From the NCBI GenBank assembly GCA_023920165.1, contig CP089279.1:1860001-1924000 (forward strand): a stretch of DNA of 64,000 bases, in the 5' to 3' direction. Below the pieces are notes generated by a model. That model was not told the origin of the DNA. It ran no database searches and worked only from the letters and a program-made list of their open reading frames with translations. Of the stretch, positions 34,677-47,578 are shown one piece after another. The position numbers and the translations under genes were made by a program. Positions within the stretch are counted from its first letter, which is position 1. Every line of letters starts with the position of its first letter. Origin of the DNA: Curvularia clavata. Its lineage: Eukaryota.

Positions 34677-36968
34677 TCACTTTACTCTTCCCATGATTGG
34701 GTCAGGGGGCGCGTCTTCCGCAATGGGCTCTGCAGCCTTTGCTTTGACTGCATTCAACATGCTCCTGTCGAAATCGTCTCGGGTTCTGAGCACAGCTTCC
34801 ACCCAACTAATGGAAACATCTCGGTAGGCAGTCTTGAACTGCACGTAAGCAAATTGCACCTGCGACTTGTCGCATTCAAGCAGGTTGAGGAATTCTTGCA
34901 CAGCGCGCCATCGCTGCATAATGTCTGCGCCTTGCTCTCCGTACGATCGGAAAAACTCAAAGGCCGTGAGGAGATCGTCCTTCATCTTGGCGCCGAACTG
35001 GTCGGTTCTCCTAAACTTTGCACCTTTGTTTCGGACGGCGCCTAGGTACTGCACTAGCAGCTCATCGGCAAGGGAATCGATTATCAAGTCACGAAGCGAG
35101 CGATGGAGCTGGCCTTCGAATTCGGAGAGATAGTCCTTGAATGTCAAGATGATGGATGCCATGTCTGTCCTTGTGTACCACTCTGGCGTGAAGAATTTGG
35201 AGAAGATAGGCTTGAAGTCCGTGAGGAAGATGAGCTCACAAAAGGTTTGTATGCAGTGCGACGAAATATCAATATACCCGTTCTTTACCTCGTCCACATT
35301 CTTGGACAGCTTGTCGATCATGTAATCTTGTGAGACAATGGGCGTGACTTCACGCTCAAAGACACTCAAGAACGAAGCGCGACCGCTGCCTTCAAGATCG
35401 TCGTCGATGCATATGATTTGGTCGTTTGCGAGGGCAACAAGCCATTCTTGAAATATGGGCACTCCGTCACCGTCAAGTGTAGGGTTCGCACCGGCATACT
35501 TGGCTTTTTCTTCGTCTATAAGCTGAGTCCATATGCGCTGGCGTGATATCAGAGCACGGAACATGGCATCGACCACACCATCGGCAACGTCAGGCCGCTG
35601 GCTACTGGCTGCGACAGCAATATTCTGGCTGAACAGCGTCCAAACATCTCCCAGTGACCTAGTCTGGTAGATGCCATCGGGGTTGATCTCGTATGCCGTT
35701 CTGTCCTGCTCCAGGAAACTTCTTCTGTCTTGGCTGTTGATACGCTCCATGTATTGGTCGACTGCCTGAATGATGACTGAGCGATATGTGCGAATAAGCT
35801 CAGCACTGCGGTTGTCAATGACGTGCGGTTGCAATTGCTCCTCTGAAAACCCAAGCTTCTGCATTTTGGCGTAGTATTTATCTACCCAGTTGATGACGCC
35901 AAGCAAGTACTGAGGCCCCAATGCCTCGTCGTCAGCAAAACCCATCAGAAAGTCGTGCATCTGGGTGTGGTAAATATTGGTGTACGTCTCAAAAATCTTC
36001 CACTTCTTGGGCATCAGGTTGACCATGCCCAGCTTCACTGTATTAAGGTTATTGAAGTACCACTTGAAGTACTTTTCAATCTTTTCCGGATCTTCCATAA
36101 ACTTTTGTCGCACTTCATCCATTTGAGCCTTGCAGACGTATTCAATAGAGGTAATAAACTTCTCCTTGTATCCGCGAAGCTCCTTGGGACCCTGGGCAAT
36201 GGACTTGAAGCGAGATGCAAGGTCCCCGAATTCTCTCTGGGCGTCCTGCAAAGCCTTGATCTTCTTATCCGTTTTCTCTTCTTCCTCAACGACGACGGCC
36301 AGTCGCACTACCATGCCATCGTTTCCGGCCTGGATCAGCTCAATCATGTTGATGCAAGCCTCGCCAACGTGTCTATCAAACCACTCGACGACATCATCTA
36401 GCCGCGTAAACAGGTCCTGAACCGTGACACCACTTTCGAGAGTGAGGTTATCGATGAGCTCGGTAGAACTGTCACTGTTCTTGATCTGGCCTATAGCCTC
36501 GTCGCGGATGTCGCGCAGCTGCGTCAAGCCGTAGTGTACCTGCAGTAGATTGGGTTGGTTGGCGGGGTCTTGATCATCTTCCTCTAGCAGCATCTCGAGG
36601 TTCTCTAGGCGCTGTGCGAAGCTCTCAATGTCGTTTCGCATCTTCTCGACCGACTCGAAGTTCTTGTGTGTTTGGGCTACCAGGTTGATGTAGGGGAAGT
36701 CCTGGATCATGTTCTGGGCCTCGGCGCACAGCTTGTCAATCTTCATCATCTCTTCCTTGATCAGATTGACGGTCCGCTGCCCCTCGGTAATGCTGCTCAT
36801 GCCCGATTGGGTCAGCTCCAGCTGTTCCTTGAGACCATGGCGCAGCTGGCCGTCAACGGCTGCCTTCTTGCGGGTGAACTCGGCTTTGAGGGCGGGGATC
36901 TTGTCGAGGTCCTCTGGGTGTCGCAGCAGCTCAGCGAGCTTGACTGTCGCGGACTCGACATCGCCCAT
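34677..36968 (-). CDS. SEC6: Exocyst complex component Sec6
   Basis: 763-aa intronless ORF: KLAELLRHPEDLDKIPALKAEFTRKKAAVDGQL, EWLVALANDQI. Confidence 0.92.
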   Translation of the reverse strand: MGDVESATVKLAELLRHPEDLDKIPALKAEFTRKKAAVDGQLRHGLKEQLELTQSGMSSITEGQRTVNLIKEEMMKIDKLCAEAQNMIQDFPYINLVAQTHKNFESVEKMRNDIESFAQRLENLEMLLEEDDQDPANQPNLLQVHYGLTQLRDIRDEAIGQIKNSDSSTELIDNLTLESGVTVQDLFTRLDDVVEWFDRHVGEACINMIELIQAGNDGMVVRLAVVVEEEEKTDKKIKALQDAQREFGDLASRFKSIAQGPKELRGYKEKFITSIEYVCKAQMDEVRQKFMEDPEKIEKYFKWYFNNLNTVKLGMVNLMPKKWKIFETYTNIYHTQMHDFLMGFADDEALGPQYLLGVINWVDKYYAKMQKLGFSEEQLQPHVIDNRSAELIRTYRSVIIQAVDQYMERINSQDRRSFLEQDRTAYEINPDGIYQTRSLGDVWTLFSQNIAVAASSQRPDVADGVVDAMFRALISRQRIWTQLIDEEKAKYAGANPTLDGDGVPIFQEWLVALANDQIICIDDDLEGSGRASFLSVFEREVTPIVSQDYMIDKLSKNVDEVKNGYIDISSHCIQTFCELIFLTDFKPIFSKFFTPEWYTRTDMASIILTFKDYLSEFEGQLHRSLRDLIIDSLADELLVQYLGAVRNKGAKFRRTDQFGAKMKDDLLTAFEFFRSYGEQGADIMQRWRAVQEFLNLLECDKSQVQFAYVQFKTAYRDVSISWVEAVLRTRDDFDRSMLNAVKAKAAEPIAEDAPPDPIMGRVK

Positions 36969-37066
36969 GGTTCTGAGCGGTGATGGATTGGGGCAGGCGT
37001 GCGCCCGTGCCCATCATAGGGTGGAAGTCGCAGACAGCGTAGGCAGGCAGCGGTAGACAGGGCGTG

Positions 37067-37085
37067 GAGAGAGAGAGAGAGAGAG
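37067..37085. repeat. (GA)n microsatellite in the SEC6/DPH3 divergent promoter
   Basis: gagagagagagagagagag. Confidence 0.8.
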
Positions 37086-37297
37086 CAATGGGCGGTGGAC
37101 AGTGGATTGCGGTTACGGTCTGTTGGTGATGCTTGTGCTTACGTGTAGTCGTGTTCGGAGGTTCTGGGCGTGTGAATGGACGGATGCAAGTCGAGGCCTA
37201 GCGCGTCCGAGCACAGTTCCTTACCCCCGCGCCGCCGCCGCCGCCACCACCACTACGGCATCGTCTTGGATAATTCTCACAACTCACATCCAAAAAC

Positions 37298-37600
37298 ATG
37301 GCCGACGAAGAACTGAACCTCTACGACGAGATCGAGATCGAAGACTGCTTCTACGACGAGACGCTGCAAATCTATCATCACCCATGCCCCTGTGGCGACC
37401 GTTTTGAGATTTCTATTTTCGACATGCGGGATGGTGAAGATATTGCGCGCTGCCCCAGCTGCAGCCTTATGATCCGGATCATCTTCGATCCAGTATGCGC
37501 CGCCTTTGTTTCTGCTAGGCTGTTGGTCGCTAACACTGCGCAGTCCGACCTGCCCCCGGAAAACGACGGTGCACCGCAAAGCGTTGCCATCAAGGCCTAG
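37298..37600 (+). CDS. DPH3: Diphthamide biosynthesis protein 3 (CSL zinc finger)
   Basis: [17 protein letters not shown]...[13 protein letters not shown]. In-frame intron 37493-37543. Confidence 0.95.
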   Translation: MADEELNLYDEIEIEDCFYDETLQIYHHPCPCGDRFEISIFDMRDGEDIARCPSCSLMIRIIFDPVCAAFVSARLLVANTAQSDLPPENDGAPQSVAIKA

Positions 37601-37809
37601 ACTTGCGAATTCTCACTATACGCATCACACAGGAGGCCAGAAACAAGGCCTCTTTGTTTCATGGATGGCTTCGCAGGCTACAAGTCTCTGGACTGATATG
37701 TGTGCAATGTGAACTTGGAGGCATAGCATTAGCTATCGACTGCCCGTTCCCACGATACATGGCCAAACGGCGTAATACATCATATAATGGTGTCCATGTT
37801 CTGCTCCCA

Positions 37810-38475
37810 TTAGCGTGGGACCTCGTCGTCGACGCTGACATCGACGCCTAGCTCCTTCCTCAGAAGTTCAGTGAGCGAGGTGCCGTCTCTCAAATATATC
37901 CAGTCCCCGATGCCGCAGCCTTCCTTCTCACCCATGCCTTCTTGGGATACGACCCAGTCGAAACGCTTTGGTCCGGATATTGGAGAGCTGAGCCAGATTT
38001 GCTTGTTTGGAGGTTGCTTGTTCAAGACGAATATATTGTTCTGGTACGTGACTTCGAGGACACCAGCCTGTTTGTAGTAGAAGAAGATTAGCGATGAATT
38101 GAATGCCCGTGAATGCGCATAGCGCCAACGTACCGAGTAATCAGCCTCAATGCTAGGGTCGTTCTCTTGCACCTCCTCTAGCCTCTGCAGCAGCTCTCCG
38201 AGGTAGTGGTCTGCACGCTCATGGAACTCGGCCATTGAAATTTCGGTAGCTTTGTGGGGGCTGTCATCGGCAGGAAGCTCCTTTGGCTTTGGGTTCTCCG
38301 AGTCAGGCATGATGCTCCTCAAGCCCATGGATGAATGAAAGCTGCGGAAGCATGTGGCGTTGATGGTAGCTGGCGCCCTGTTGACAATGACGCGACTGAC
38401 GGAGGGTTGCTCGCGGAGCGGAGCGCGAATGGCGCGGCGGAGGGCCACATTGGCAAAGCGAGTTGCGGGTCTCAT
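37810..38475 (-). CDS. YFH1: Frataxin, mitochondrial
   Basis: Arg-rich presequence from ATG 38475, [26 protein letters not shown]. Intron 38068-38133. Confidence 0.95.
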   Translation of the reverse strand: MRPATRFANVALRRAIRAPLREQPSVSRVIVNRAPATINATCFRSFHSSMGLRSIMPDSENPKPKELPADDSPHKATEISMAEFHERADHYLGELLQRLEEVQENDPSIEADYSVRWRYAHSRAFNSSLIFFYYKQAGVLEVTYQNNIFVLNKQPPNKQIWLSSPISGPKRFDWVVSQEGMGEKEGCGIGDWIYLRDGTSLTELLRKELGVDVSVDDEVPR

Positions 38476-38691
38476 TGTGGTATCTGGCTTGGAATGCGCA
38501 GCAGAGAGGAGTATGTTGTATGGTGCAGTGCTTCGCACAGCAGTAATGAGACGGGCGGCGGGAGTGGGAGCATGGGCCCCTTCGTCATGCTGCTCGCCTG
38601 TCTCCCCGCATCTTCGGCGGGGACTGTCACCAACCAAAGTCACTGCCCACGGCCGCCGCTCATCACTCATCGCCTATCACCCATCGCCGCC

Positions 38692-39416
38692 ATGATCAAC
38701 GCCGTGCTCGTCTTCAACAATGCAGGACAGCCGCGGCTGACAAAGTTCTATACCCAGCTGGTACGTGCACGTGACTCCTACCACCATCGTCCCTTGCATA
38801 CTGGTGCACAGCTAAACAAGCCACGGACAGGAAACCAGCGTCCAGCAACGCCTCATCTCTGAAATCTTCACCCTCGTTGCCAACCGCCCCAACTCAGCGT
38901 GCAACTTCTTGCCGTATGTCGCTGCGCGCGCAGCCTGTTGCTCTCCGCTTCTTGAGCTAACCATACTCTAGCCTCCCGCCTCTGCTCGCCAGCAGCTCCA
39001 AATCCTCGGCTCCTACCACCCCACACAACGACACACCCTCGCTCGTAACCTACCGGCACTATGCAACACTCTATTTCATTGTCATCTCCACGTCTACCGA
39101 GTCACCCCTCGCCCTTCTCGACCTCATTCAAGTCTTCGTACAAGCCCTCGATGGCCTCTTTGAGAACGTATGCGAACTAGACCTCATCTTTAATTTTGAG
39201 ACGTTACATGCAACACTTGGCGAGATGATTGTGGGTGGTGTAGTAGTCGAGACACAGCTCGACAAAGTCATACAGGCCGTCAAAGCACAGGGCAGAGTCG
39301 CCAAACGCCCGGTCAACGAAGGCAAGAATTTAGGCGGTGGAGGAGGAGGCGGTGTTATGGGTGGGCTCACTTTCGGCGGCCTGGGGCGAGGAGACGGTAT
39401 CTGGGCCGGACGGTGA
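38692..39416 (+). CDS. APS3: AP-3 adaptor complex sigma subunit
   Basis: MINAVLVFNNAGQPRLTKFY, YRHYATLYF, LDLIQVFV..LD..FENVCELDLIFNF. Introns ~38761-38830 and ~38914-38971. Confidence 0.92.
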
Positions 39417-39736
39417 AGATCAGGAGGCCAGACTCATACCCCATTTACACCTTCAACGCCCGTGCAAGCAGCAACGCCTTCTACCTTCGTATGCCGAGGC
39501 TTTCTCGTCCACTGGATACCACTTAGGACCTCGGGGAGATTCTCGTGGGAGTGCGCCTAACATGTTCGGACCATGTGGCTTCGTTACATGTGCCTAAAGA
39601 TTTGTCTCTTCATGGTACAGATGAAGTCATAGCCTGTCAGCCGTTTGCCAGGCACAATGCTTTGGCCAGACATAATTAGCTCAATCCCTCTAGAACGCAT
39701 TGTTTCCGACGGACTAATCTCGAAAATTTCTCCGAA

Positions 39737-39903
39737 CGGTTAAAGGGCCGGTAAAGATCAGGGGTCGGGAGATAGTCGAAACCTAAGCGCGTAGGGCTTT
39801 GGCCGAGCTGGGTTTAATGGAAACAAGCTTTAATCTATCGGTTCCTAGTGCCCCAGGCCCCTAACGCCTTTTCATCTACAAAGTGCAGCAAACTCATGTG
39901 GAG
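39737..39903 (+). promoter_or_regulatory. Possible XlnR and CreA sites upstream of the acetylxylan esterase
   Basis: CGGTTAAA 39737-39744 fits CGGNTAAW. SYGGRG matches at 39851-39856 (minus) and 39898-39903. These short motifs could be chance. Confidence 0.3.
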
Positions 39904-40107
39904 CAGAATCGCTCCAATGGCAGATTCCGTAGCCCCGTTTCACTCGAGCTGATTGCTGGACTGTTTCAAGACGATACTGGTCATGCGCATGGTATCCCTT
40001 CGGCCGCACATACCTCCAAGTCCATGGCAAGGCTTATAAGAACCACATTGCCTCCACCACTGTTGATCTAGCCTACCACCAACCATCACTCCTTTAAAAC
40101 AAGCATC

Positions 40108-41126
40108 ATGCGATTCCTTAGCATTTTCACTAGCTTTTTGTCCGTGGCTTCGGCTGCTACCATTGGCAAACGTGCCGTCACTCCTGGTACCCTGTCCCAG
40201 GTCACATCCTTTGATGCTCCTACCAAGGCAGGCTTCTACATCTACGTTCCAAAGAAGCTCGCCAAGTCGCCTGGTGTTATTGTTGCCATTCACTACTGCA
40301 CTGGTACTGCCCAGGCCTACTACAATGGCAGCCCCTACAAGACCTTGTCTGAGCAGTATGGCTTCATCGTCATCTACCCAAGCTCGCCTCACCAAGGCAC
40401 ATGCTGGGACGTGAGCAGCAAGGCAACTCTTACCCACAACGGTGGTGGTGATTCTAACACCATTGCCAACATGGTCAAGTGGACTCTCAAGGAGTACAAG
40501 GCCGATGCCAGCAAGGTCTTTGTTACCGGTTCCAGCAGTGGTGCCATGATGACCGTACGCCATTCCCTTCTCCAACACTTAGCCCCTCATACAATACTAA
40601 CAATGCTATAGAACGTCATGGCTGCCACCTACCCCGATATTTTCAAGGGTGCCATCGTCTACAACGGTGTTCCCGCCGGCTGCTTCGCCTCCCCATCTGG
40701 TGCCGTCGATGCCTGGAACAGCGACTGCGCTCAAGGCAAGATCGTCAAGACTCCCGCCGCTTGGGCCAAGGTTGCCACCGACATGTACCCTGGATACAAC
40801 GGCTCGCGCCCCAAGATGCAAATCTACCACGGCAACGTTGACACCACTCTTCGCCCCCAGGACTACCACGAGACCATGAAGCAGTGGGTAAGTAGATTTC
40901 AACCCCCACGCTTGTCACACAGGACCTTGATGCTAATTACAAAAAACAGGCTGGTGTCTTTGGCTACAACTACGACAAGCCCCAGAGCGTTCAGCAAAAC
41001 ACTCCTCAGAGCACCTACACCAAGACCACCTGGGGCCCCAACGTCCAGGGTATTCTTGCTGCCAACGTTGGCCACACTGTGCCCATCCGCGGCGCCGACG
41101 ACATGAAGTTTTTCGGCTTTGCCTAA
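40108..41126 (+). CDS. axeA: Secreted acetylxylan esterase, carbohydrate esterase family 1
   Basis: Signal peptide, VAIHYCTGTA, CWDVSS, GSSSG nucleophile, GHTVP. Introns ~40555-40611 and ~40888-40949; stop 41124-41126. Confidence 0.93.
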
Positions 41127-42058
41127 GAATGTGCACCATCTGGTTTCACCAAGAAAGAGTAAATTCCCTTCTTATGGCCAGCGCGTGGAAACCCGGTGTT
41201 TGACCCACTTCCCAAAAAAACCACATATTCAATTGTAAATACTTATTCCTTCTCGTGATGAGATGGCTCATTGCGGACTTTGCCGCATCTTTAGCAATCG
41301 AATTGTACATATATTGCTAAAAACAAAAAGCTTATGATTCTCTCTTGGCTGTGAATACATGAATGATTTATCAAGGTGGAGTCTTACACCAAAGAAGAGG
41401 AAAAAACCCTCCATAATTGCAATACCCTTACTTTGTAGCCAAGGCAGGAACGTCAAAATATACACCATGTCAAGGGCATGTCAGTAGACCTGCTTATCCA
41501 TGCAGCTGGGTTAGGGCTGCATGATGACAAGCGAAGATCTCGATTAGGGCGCGCGGTGAGAAGTTTAAAGTTGAGCTTGCCGCTTTTGCGCGTAGCGGTA
41601 ATTTTAGATCGGCGATACGCGGGTGCTGCTGACGATCCAGGCTGTGTTCCTGGAATGAGATGGTTAGGTTACGTTGATGCGTCGTGGTATGCAGGAGAAT
41701 TTATGGGAGGGTAAATCTAGTGAGACAATGCAGATTTAAACAGAACTCAGCTTCTGGTTTTTTCCCTACTCGACATTTTCCAGTTGTCTGATCTAATGGA
41801 TATTCAATGGGATGAAATTTTGATTGCACATATTACTGGGGAGGTTGATGACAGAAAATCAGGACTAGCATATTGAAAATAATTGCATACCTGTAATTTC
41901 TAAACAGCAAACACATGAAAAGAAAATCTCTCTACTAAAGAAGAGTATTCAAGCTTCGTCGTGTACAAAGAAAAAAAAGAAAATGTTTTTGTGATGCTCA
42001 TTCTACCTGACGTCTATAATCAACTCCATTCTTGATAAAAAATTACAACGCGACAACG

Positions 42059-42682
42059 TCAGACCCTTCTAACCCCATACTTCCGAAACGCACATCTCAA
42101 GAACTTCTTTAACCCAAACACTCTCGTTCCTCTCCTCTGCACTCGTACTCGCTGATCCCCCCACTCTGGCCTTGGGTTGCGTAGGTCTGAGTGCTTGGAA
42201 GGCGGGAAATATGACGGCAGAGGATAGTATGGAAAGTCATGGTCATGAATAATCGGTAATTGTCCTTTTACTTCTGGTCCTAATACTATGTCCTGATAGA
42301 CGGTGGACTGGGGTCGGGTATATAGTATCGTATGATGTCCTCTACGTGTAGGCGGTCTACTTTCAATGTATAGGTCCATGTTGTCTGGCAGACTGCTGTT
42401 CAATCGTACAGCTGATTGCGACGCCGCTGAGGATTCTACCATTTTCTGATGTGAAGACGTTAAGATAGGGCTGGTAGGCTTGTTTGAAGCGTTGCAAGTG
42501 TCTTGTGTGGGGAAATCTGGAAGCACAGGGGAGTCTGTACGAAGGCTTTCTTCCGAGGGAGTGGGACTGAGGAGAAAAGTTTGCTTGACTGGTGATTGGG
42601 GTTGTTTGAGTTTCGCGAGCGTTTGTTCGGAAAGATGCAGGTGGAGGGGTTGAGAATCTGGGTGGTCAATGTTGATGGTCAT
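42059..42682 (-). CDS. Hypothetical low-complexity protein
   Basis: ORF of ~207-235 aa, S/P/Q rich, no domain recognised; start uncertain. Confidence 0.4.
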   Translation of the reverse strand: MTINIDHPDSQPLHLHLSEQTLAKLKQPQSPVKQTFLLSPTPSEESLRTDSPVLPDFPTQDTCNASNKPTSPILTSSHQKMVESSAASQSAVRLNSSLPDNMDLYIESRPPTRRGHHTILYTRPQSTVYQDIVLGPEVKGQLPIIHDHDFPYYPLPSYFPPSKHSDLRNPRPEWGDQRVRVQRRGTRVFGLKKFLRCAFRKYGVRRV

Positions 42683-43130
42683 TCTGAGATTATCTGAGAC
42701 AAGATGAAAGTAAGTAGTAGTGGCAGTGATGATGGAGATTAGAAAAGGAAAGGATTTTGCTAACATACTTCGATATTTTACATGCTACAAGTCGCATAGT
42801 GAAATTTCCTCAAGTGCGCTGTCAAGTCAAAAACTCACGATATCGTCAACACCCAGACGGATGGTATGTGCTTGTGGCTTTACCATTTGCAGCTAATAGA
42901 GGTCCAGTAAAAGGGAGTGTAGAGATTAGATGAAGGGCATTGTCAGACTTTGAGTAGTCTAAGACAAAGCGCTCAGACGTAATGTTTAAGACGATGCAGT
43001 AAAACAACAAAGAGAATTTGTAATATTGGACGAAAGAAACCTATATATCAGGCCACCAGGGCGTGAGAACATTGCGCTTAAAAACAACGATTGGAATCAA
43101 ATACTTCAACTGCAGTGCAAAAAAACATAA

Positions 43131-44087
43131 TCAATCCTGGCGCCCCCTTTTACAAGACGGCACCGAGCAATAGTAAAGCTGGTAACACCTATCTGCATCA
43201 ACTGACAGGCCAGATTGCGAGTACAGCCCGAGAACCTGTGCAACGTGAATGGTACCGCGACGATACCTCTTGATAGCCCACGAGGAGGCGCGCTCTAGAA
43301 CTGGCGTGCGTGGGCCGCGATCGATTTGATCGGGTTCACCCCCCCATTGCGAGTGGACTGAGGAGCGGTTCATATATTCGACGAAATCTTTTGCCAATTC
43401 CCTGCCGTCGAAACCGGCCGTTATGGTGAATGATTCTGGAAAGTTAGCTGTGCTAAGGGATGAGTTCAAACACTCTAGTAACGGTGTTTTGGGTGTACCT
43501 GGGGTTTGCGTATGTTGCAGGTACTGGTTGGGTGGGTTTGATGCCGTGATCAGGTACCTGATTGATGTCGGACTGCCCTTGGATGAAGTAACTGTACCAG
43601 AAGAGATATTTCTGTGACTAGGATACAAAGGTGAAGGTGCAGAAATGCGTGCCCTGCGTGAGTGAGCTTCAGCTCTGTTGTTCGCCTTGCTAATCAACTC
43701 CGTAAAAATGCGTGCATGCCGTTTGGGACAGCTTATATTGTACGTTATCTGGGGAATAAAAAGCAACGGAGAATGCTGCTTTGTACGCAAGCCTTCTAGT
43801 ATGTCTAGGGTTTCTTGGTGCACAGCGAGAGAAGGACCGGAAACTAACGAGCGAGCCCCTGGAGGTTCAGACGCATTTTGAGCAGCCCCCTTGTGAGCAT
43901 AATAATGGGTTGACTGGGATGGAGACTCCTCAGGCATTATCTGTAGGAAAGCCGCGCGTAAGTCTTCGTTCGGTGAAACTCGTTTCACGTGGCAAGCCTC
44001 CATCAGCGCGAGTTCATGTTCGCGTCTAAAATTTCTCTTGCCCCTCTTGTCCCTGCGTGGAGGGTTGTATACATGTAACATATCCAT
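43131..44087 (-). CDS. Hypothetical protein (318 aa)
   Basis: Long ATG-initiated ORF with no recognisable family. Confidence 0.5.
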   Translation of the reverse strand: MDMLHVYNPPRRDKRGKRNFRREHELALMEACHVKRVSPNEDLRAAFLQIMPEESPSQSTHYYAHKGAAQNASEPPGARSLVSGPSLAVHQETLDILEGLRTKQHSPLLFIPQITYNISCPKRHARIFTELISKANNRAEAHSRRARISAPSPLYPSHRNISSGTVTSSKGSPTSIRYLITASNPPNQYLQHTQTPGTPKTPLLECLNSSLSTANFPESFTITAGFDGRELAKDFVEYMNRSSVHSQWGGEPDQIDRGPRTPVLERASSWAIKRYRRGTIHVAQVLGLYSQSGLSVDADRCYQLYYCSVPSCKRGRQD

Positions 44088-44966
44088 GGTTTGGAGAGAA
44101 AGTTATGGCGATTTTGCCCTTTAAATAACCAGTGCTTGACATTGTGTGCACAATGTCAAGCCACGATACGAGCAGTTCATATCCACTCATCGAGCAAAAG
44201 AGACAGAAACAAGAAACGGGACTGAAATGAAGGAGCACATGTTGGACCCAGTTGGAAGAGTGCCGAGTCAAAGTAACGACTGAAAATCAGCGCTGCGAGG
44301 TGCGGTGAAAGCTTTCGAAACGGACAAACTGTGAGTGTCAAAGGAAATTGGAAGTCACCAGACAAGAGCAATCTGCAGCTAGTAGCAAGTGCACCTCGTG
44401 ATACATGTAGGCCTGTTTCAAGATAAGCATTGGTATTTTTGTTCAATTCACTTGCGCTTTGCCGGTCGTGAGGCAGCGTGCTTTTGAAGAGGCGTCTCCG
44501 GAAAATAGTTTGGCGTCACGTGACATTTCTCGAATTCATATCACCGAGTACAACACTTTGGCGCTTCCATTTTCAATGACATCCAAAGTAATACATTTTG
44601 GTGAGAATGACTCACATTCACAAATGGCTGGAGGATGATTCCAAAGAGAAAATATGACGTAATGATATACGGCGAAGTGGGGAAGTCGATCGCGACGAAA
44701 CTGGGTCCGCCAGTGCCATGGACTGGACTGATATGTGGGAAGCAGTTTGGTGGGGATGCAAAGCCGTCTATTCCACGCTATGCAAATAAATAATCTCTGT
44801 AGAAGTAGACATCCAAAAACCCGTTTAATGTGTCATAGGCAAAATATCAACGCCTCTGTAGATAACGCCGTGTGTCAAACTCCATTTTGGGTAACCGGGA
44901 GCGCTGCGCAGATGATTCGCAGGTTGCGGTAATTGATACAAAACTGTCGAACCTAGACATTCCAGT

Positions 44967-46273
44967 TCAACGCCGGCTTTTCAGCCCAGCCCTGGCGGCT
45001 GTGGATCGTCGTTCTGGTTTCGACTCGTCCTCGCTGTCCGAAGCACCGCCGTCATCCATGTCGTCACTCATAGGCTCTGACATATCATCACCCTCATCAT
45101 CGTCTGTCTCTTCGGCCTCGTCATCGATGAGGTCTTCGTCCGAGCCCTCGCTACCTTCGTCGGAAACATCATCCATCTCCATGTTTAAGCCCATCTCATC
45201 GGAAGAAGAATCGTCGTCGTCGTCCATCTCCAGGCGTGCCCTCTTTGGGGTTGCGGTGGCTCCGTCGACTGACTCGTCGTCTGAAACATAGTCATCCTGG
45301 CCTTCGACGTAAATGAGGGCCTCGTCAGCATCGTCGTTGGCCGCTTGGTTTCGTTTTCTGAGGTCAAGCTGAGCCTGAAGCATATCCAGGCGACCCTTTA
45401 GCGACATGAGAGGCATCAGGCCGCTCGAGCGCTCCTTCAGAACCTTGTTGAGAGCAGTGAGTTGCTTGACAATTTGCGGCTGCGACGCCAGGTATCCTCC
45501 ATGTGCGGCGCTGTGAAAAACTAGAGTCAGTATGCGTATCTTGTGCGTGCAATGAAGCATGTGGTGGCTTACAGTGACCATTGTACCCAAGCCATGAGCA
45601 TGCCCGCGCGTCCAGGACTCCGGTGCAGGCGCTCAGCCAATCTCTGCAATAGTGTTCCTACGAGGGGCGATGGGAGGCGCTCGACCGTGGCATATACAGA
45701 CTCAACATCTACAACCTGAAGACAGGAATCGAGGAGCTCCTTGTCGTTTGTACGCAGGGCCTGGGTCAAGACGGTTCCGAGGGAGTTTGCGTTGGGGGGT
45801 GCGAGCGGGCGATCCTTGGTGGTGGCTACAGTGCGCTCGGGGTTGGGTTCGAAAGCATCCTCGACGCTGATGATGCGCGACTCTTGGACGGGCTCGGGAG
45901 CCTCTGCGCGCAGGCGGTCGCCAAACGTGAGATCTTCGTTGTCTTCGTCTGCGGTGCCATTGACGGCGGGGGTATCTTGGGCGTCGTCTGAGTCGTCGTC
46001 GGCGCTTTCCTCTTCGGCGCTGCTGATTTCGATGACGTCCGCATCCGCCATGTGGGCATCGGCAGGTCCCTGGACGGCAGCCGTGGCATCGTCGACCTTG
46101 TCAGCGCGCGCATTCTTGATGCCGTTGGTTTTTGCCGTGGGCTTTGGTGCGCTGCCGCCAACTAGCGCCTTGAGACCATTCTGGCGGACGGTGGCAGGCG
46201 ACTGGGCCAGCTTGGCCTTCTTCGCCGGCGGGGCTCGGTCGCGGGAGCGGGGGGTGGACAGGGCGGCGGGCAT
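44967..46273 (-). CDS. U3 snoRNP / SSU processome protein, Utp5-like (Utp12 domain)
   Basis: SLGTVLTQALRTNDKELLDSCL...TVERL...LMAWVQWSL|AAHGGYL...LMSLKGRLDML and an acidic tail. Intron 45511-45572. Confidence 0.85.
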
Positions 46274-47578
46274 GGTGCAGGCGCTCGTGACTGGCGTGCG
46301 GTGGTTGTCGGAGGGGAATTGCGCAGCGAGCAGGCGTAGTCGAGGCCGTGATGCTTCGAGGCTGGAGCAGCACGCGCAGAATGCAAGTGGTCGCAAAAAA
46401 TTTGGATGAGCGGATTAGCCACCCCTGCACGCACGGGCCCCGTTGGCAGGGATCATGGGCACGGTGAAGAGCTGACCGGCGGGCGGTTGCTGGGCGCTGG
46501 GGACCGGAGGCAGCAGCAGCAGGCGAGGGCGGCCACACAGCAGGCAGCAGACGGGCACGGCGATGGGCTTGCAGCGACCGAGGCAGCTTGGGCGGGCGAG
46601 GATGCAGCGGAGCGTCGTGGGCGTGGGCGTGCAAGCAGAAAGGTGGTGCAATGGTGGGCAAGGACACGTACCCCGTCCCGGTTAGTGGCAGGTCAGGGGC
46701 TGCTGCGAGGCTTGGCCTCGGAGATGGAAGGGCCGGGCTACTTAACCCCAATGCCTCTCCTCTCGCGTCTGTCTTCGACGTTCTTGCGTCCATTGTCCTG
46801 ATCTGCCTCCAATCAATACGCGCCTGCTCGCCTGCTCCCGATCACCCGTCACCCGCCCACACCCACGCCCTACTCGCACCCCACCACGCCCAACCCCTCG
46901 CCAGGCTCCGCCCTCCCACGCTCTAGGCTGCACTGCACTGCGCTGCATTCTCTCTCTCTCTTGTCTTATCGTGTCTTGATAATCCACGCCGCCCATCACC
47001 CGCTGCCTGCGCCCGCCCTGCACTAGCCGTCGGCGTTTCCAGCCCGACGTCACCATCCGTGCGCACCCACCATCCTACCCATCCTATCCTATATTATCTT
47101 CGCATCCAGGCCAGCTCCAGCCGTTGTCGTCTTGGGCCTTGGTACGTGTTCGCTCTTGTCGCTGTCGCCGCTTTGTCCTGGCCCCACCGTCGCGTCGGCC
47201 CTCTCTCACTGGCGCCTGTCCAAAGCCCGCCTTAGCTCCGACCGCCACGGCTGCTCTTCACCACCGCGCCGCCGCCACCTGGTACGTAATCACGTGCGTT
47301 TCAGCCTCCCCAGCATATATGCTCGTCCTGCTGCCCCTCTCTCGTCCCTCGCGTTTGCTCCCCACGCTAGTCTCACCTCCCAGCCCCACTCCTGCCCTCC
47401 GACGCGTCCACAATCCCATCCTGCTGCCCGCCACAACCATCACTACGCGTCTGCTGTCCCGTCGCGTGCGCGCCCACTCTCAACCCCAATCGCTAACAAG
47501 CCCAGACTGGCAACTCTACCCAATCGCACCTCTTCCCTGTCAGCCGCGCGCAAACTCGACTTTTTCTTTCATGGCCCT

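Noticed and set aside
44515..44662. GTCACGTGAC palindrome, TGACTC and TGACGTAA bZIP/bHLH-like sites
   Set aside because: Short motifs expected by chance; the target gene is itself hypothetical.
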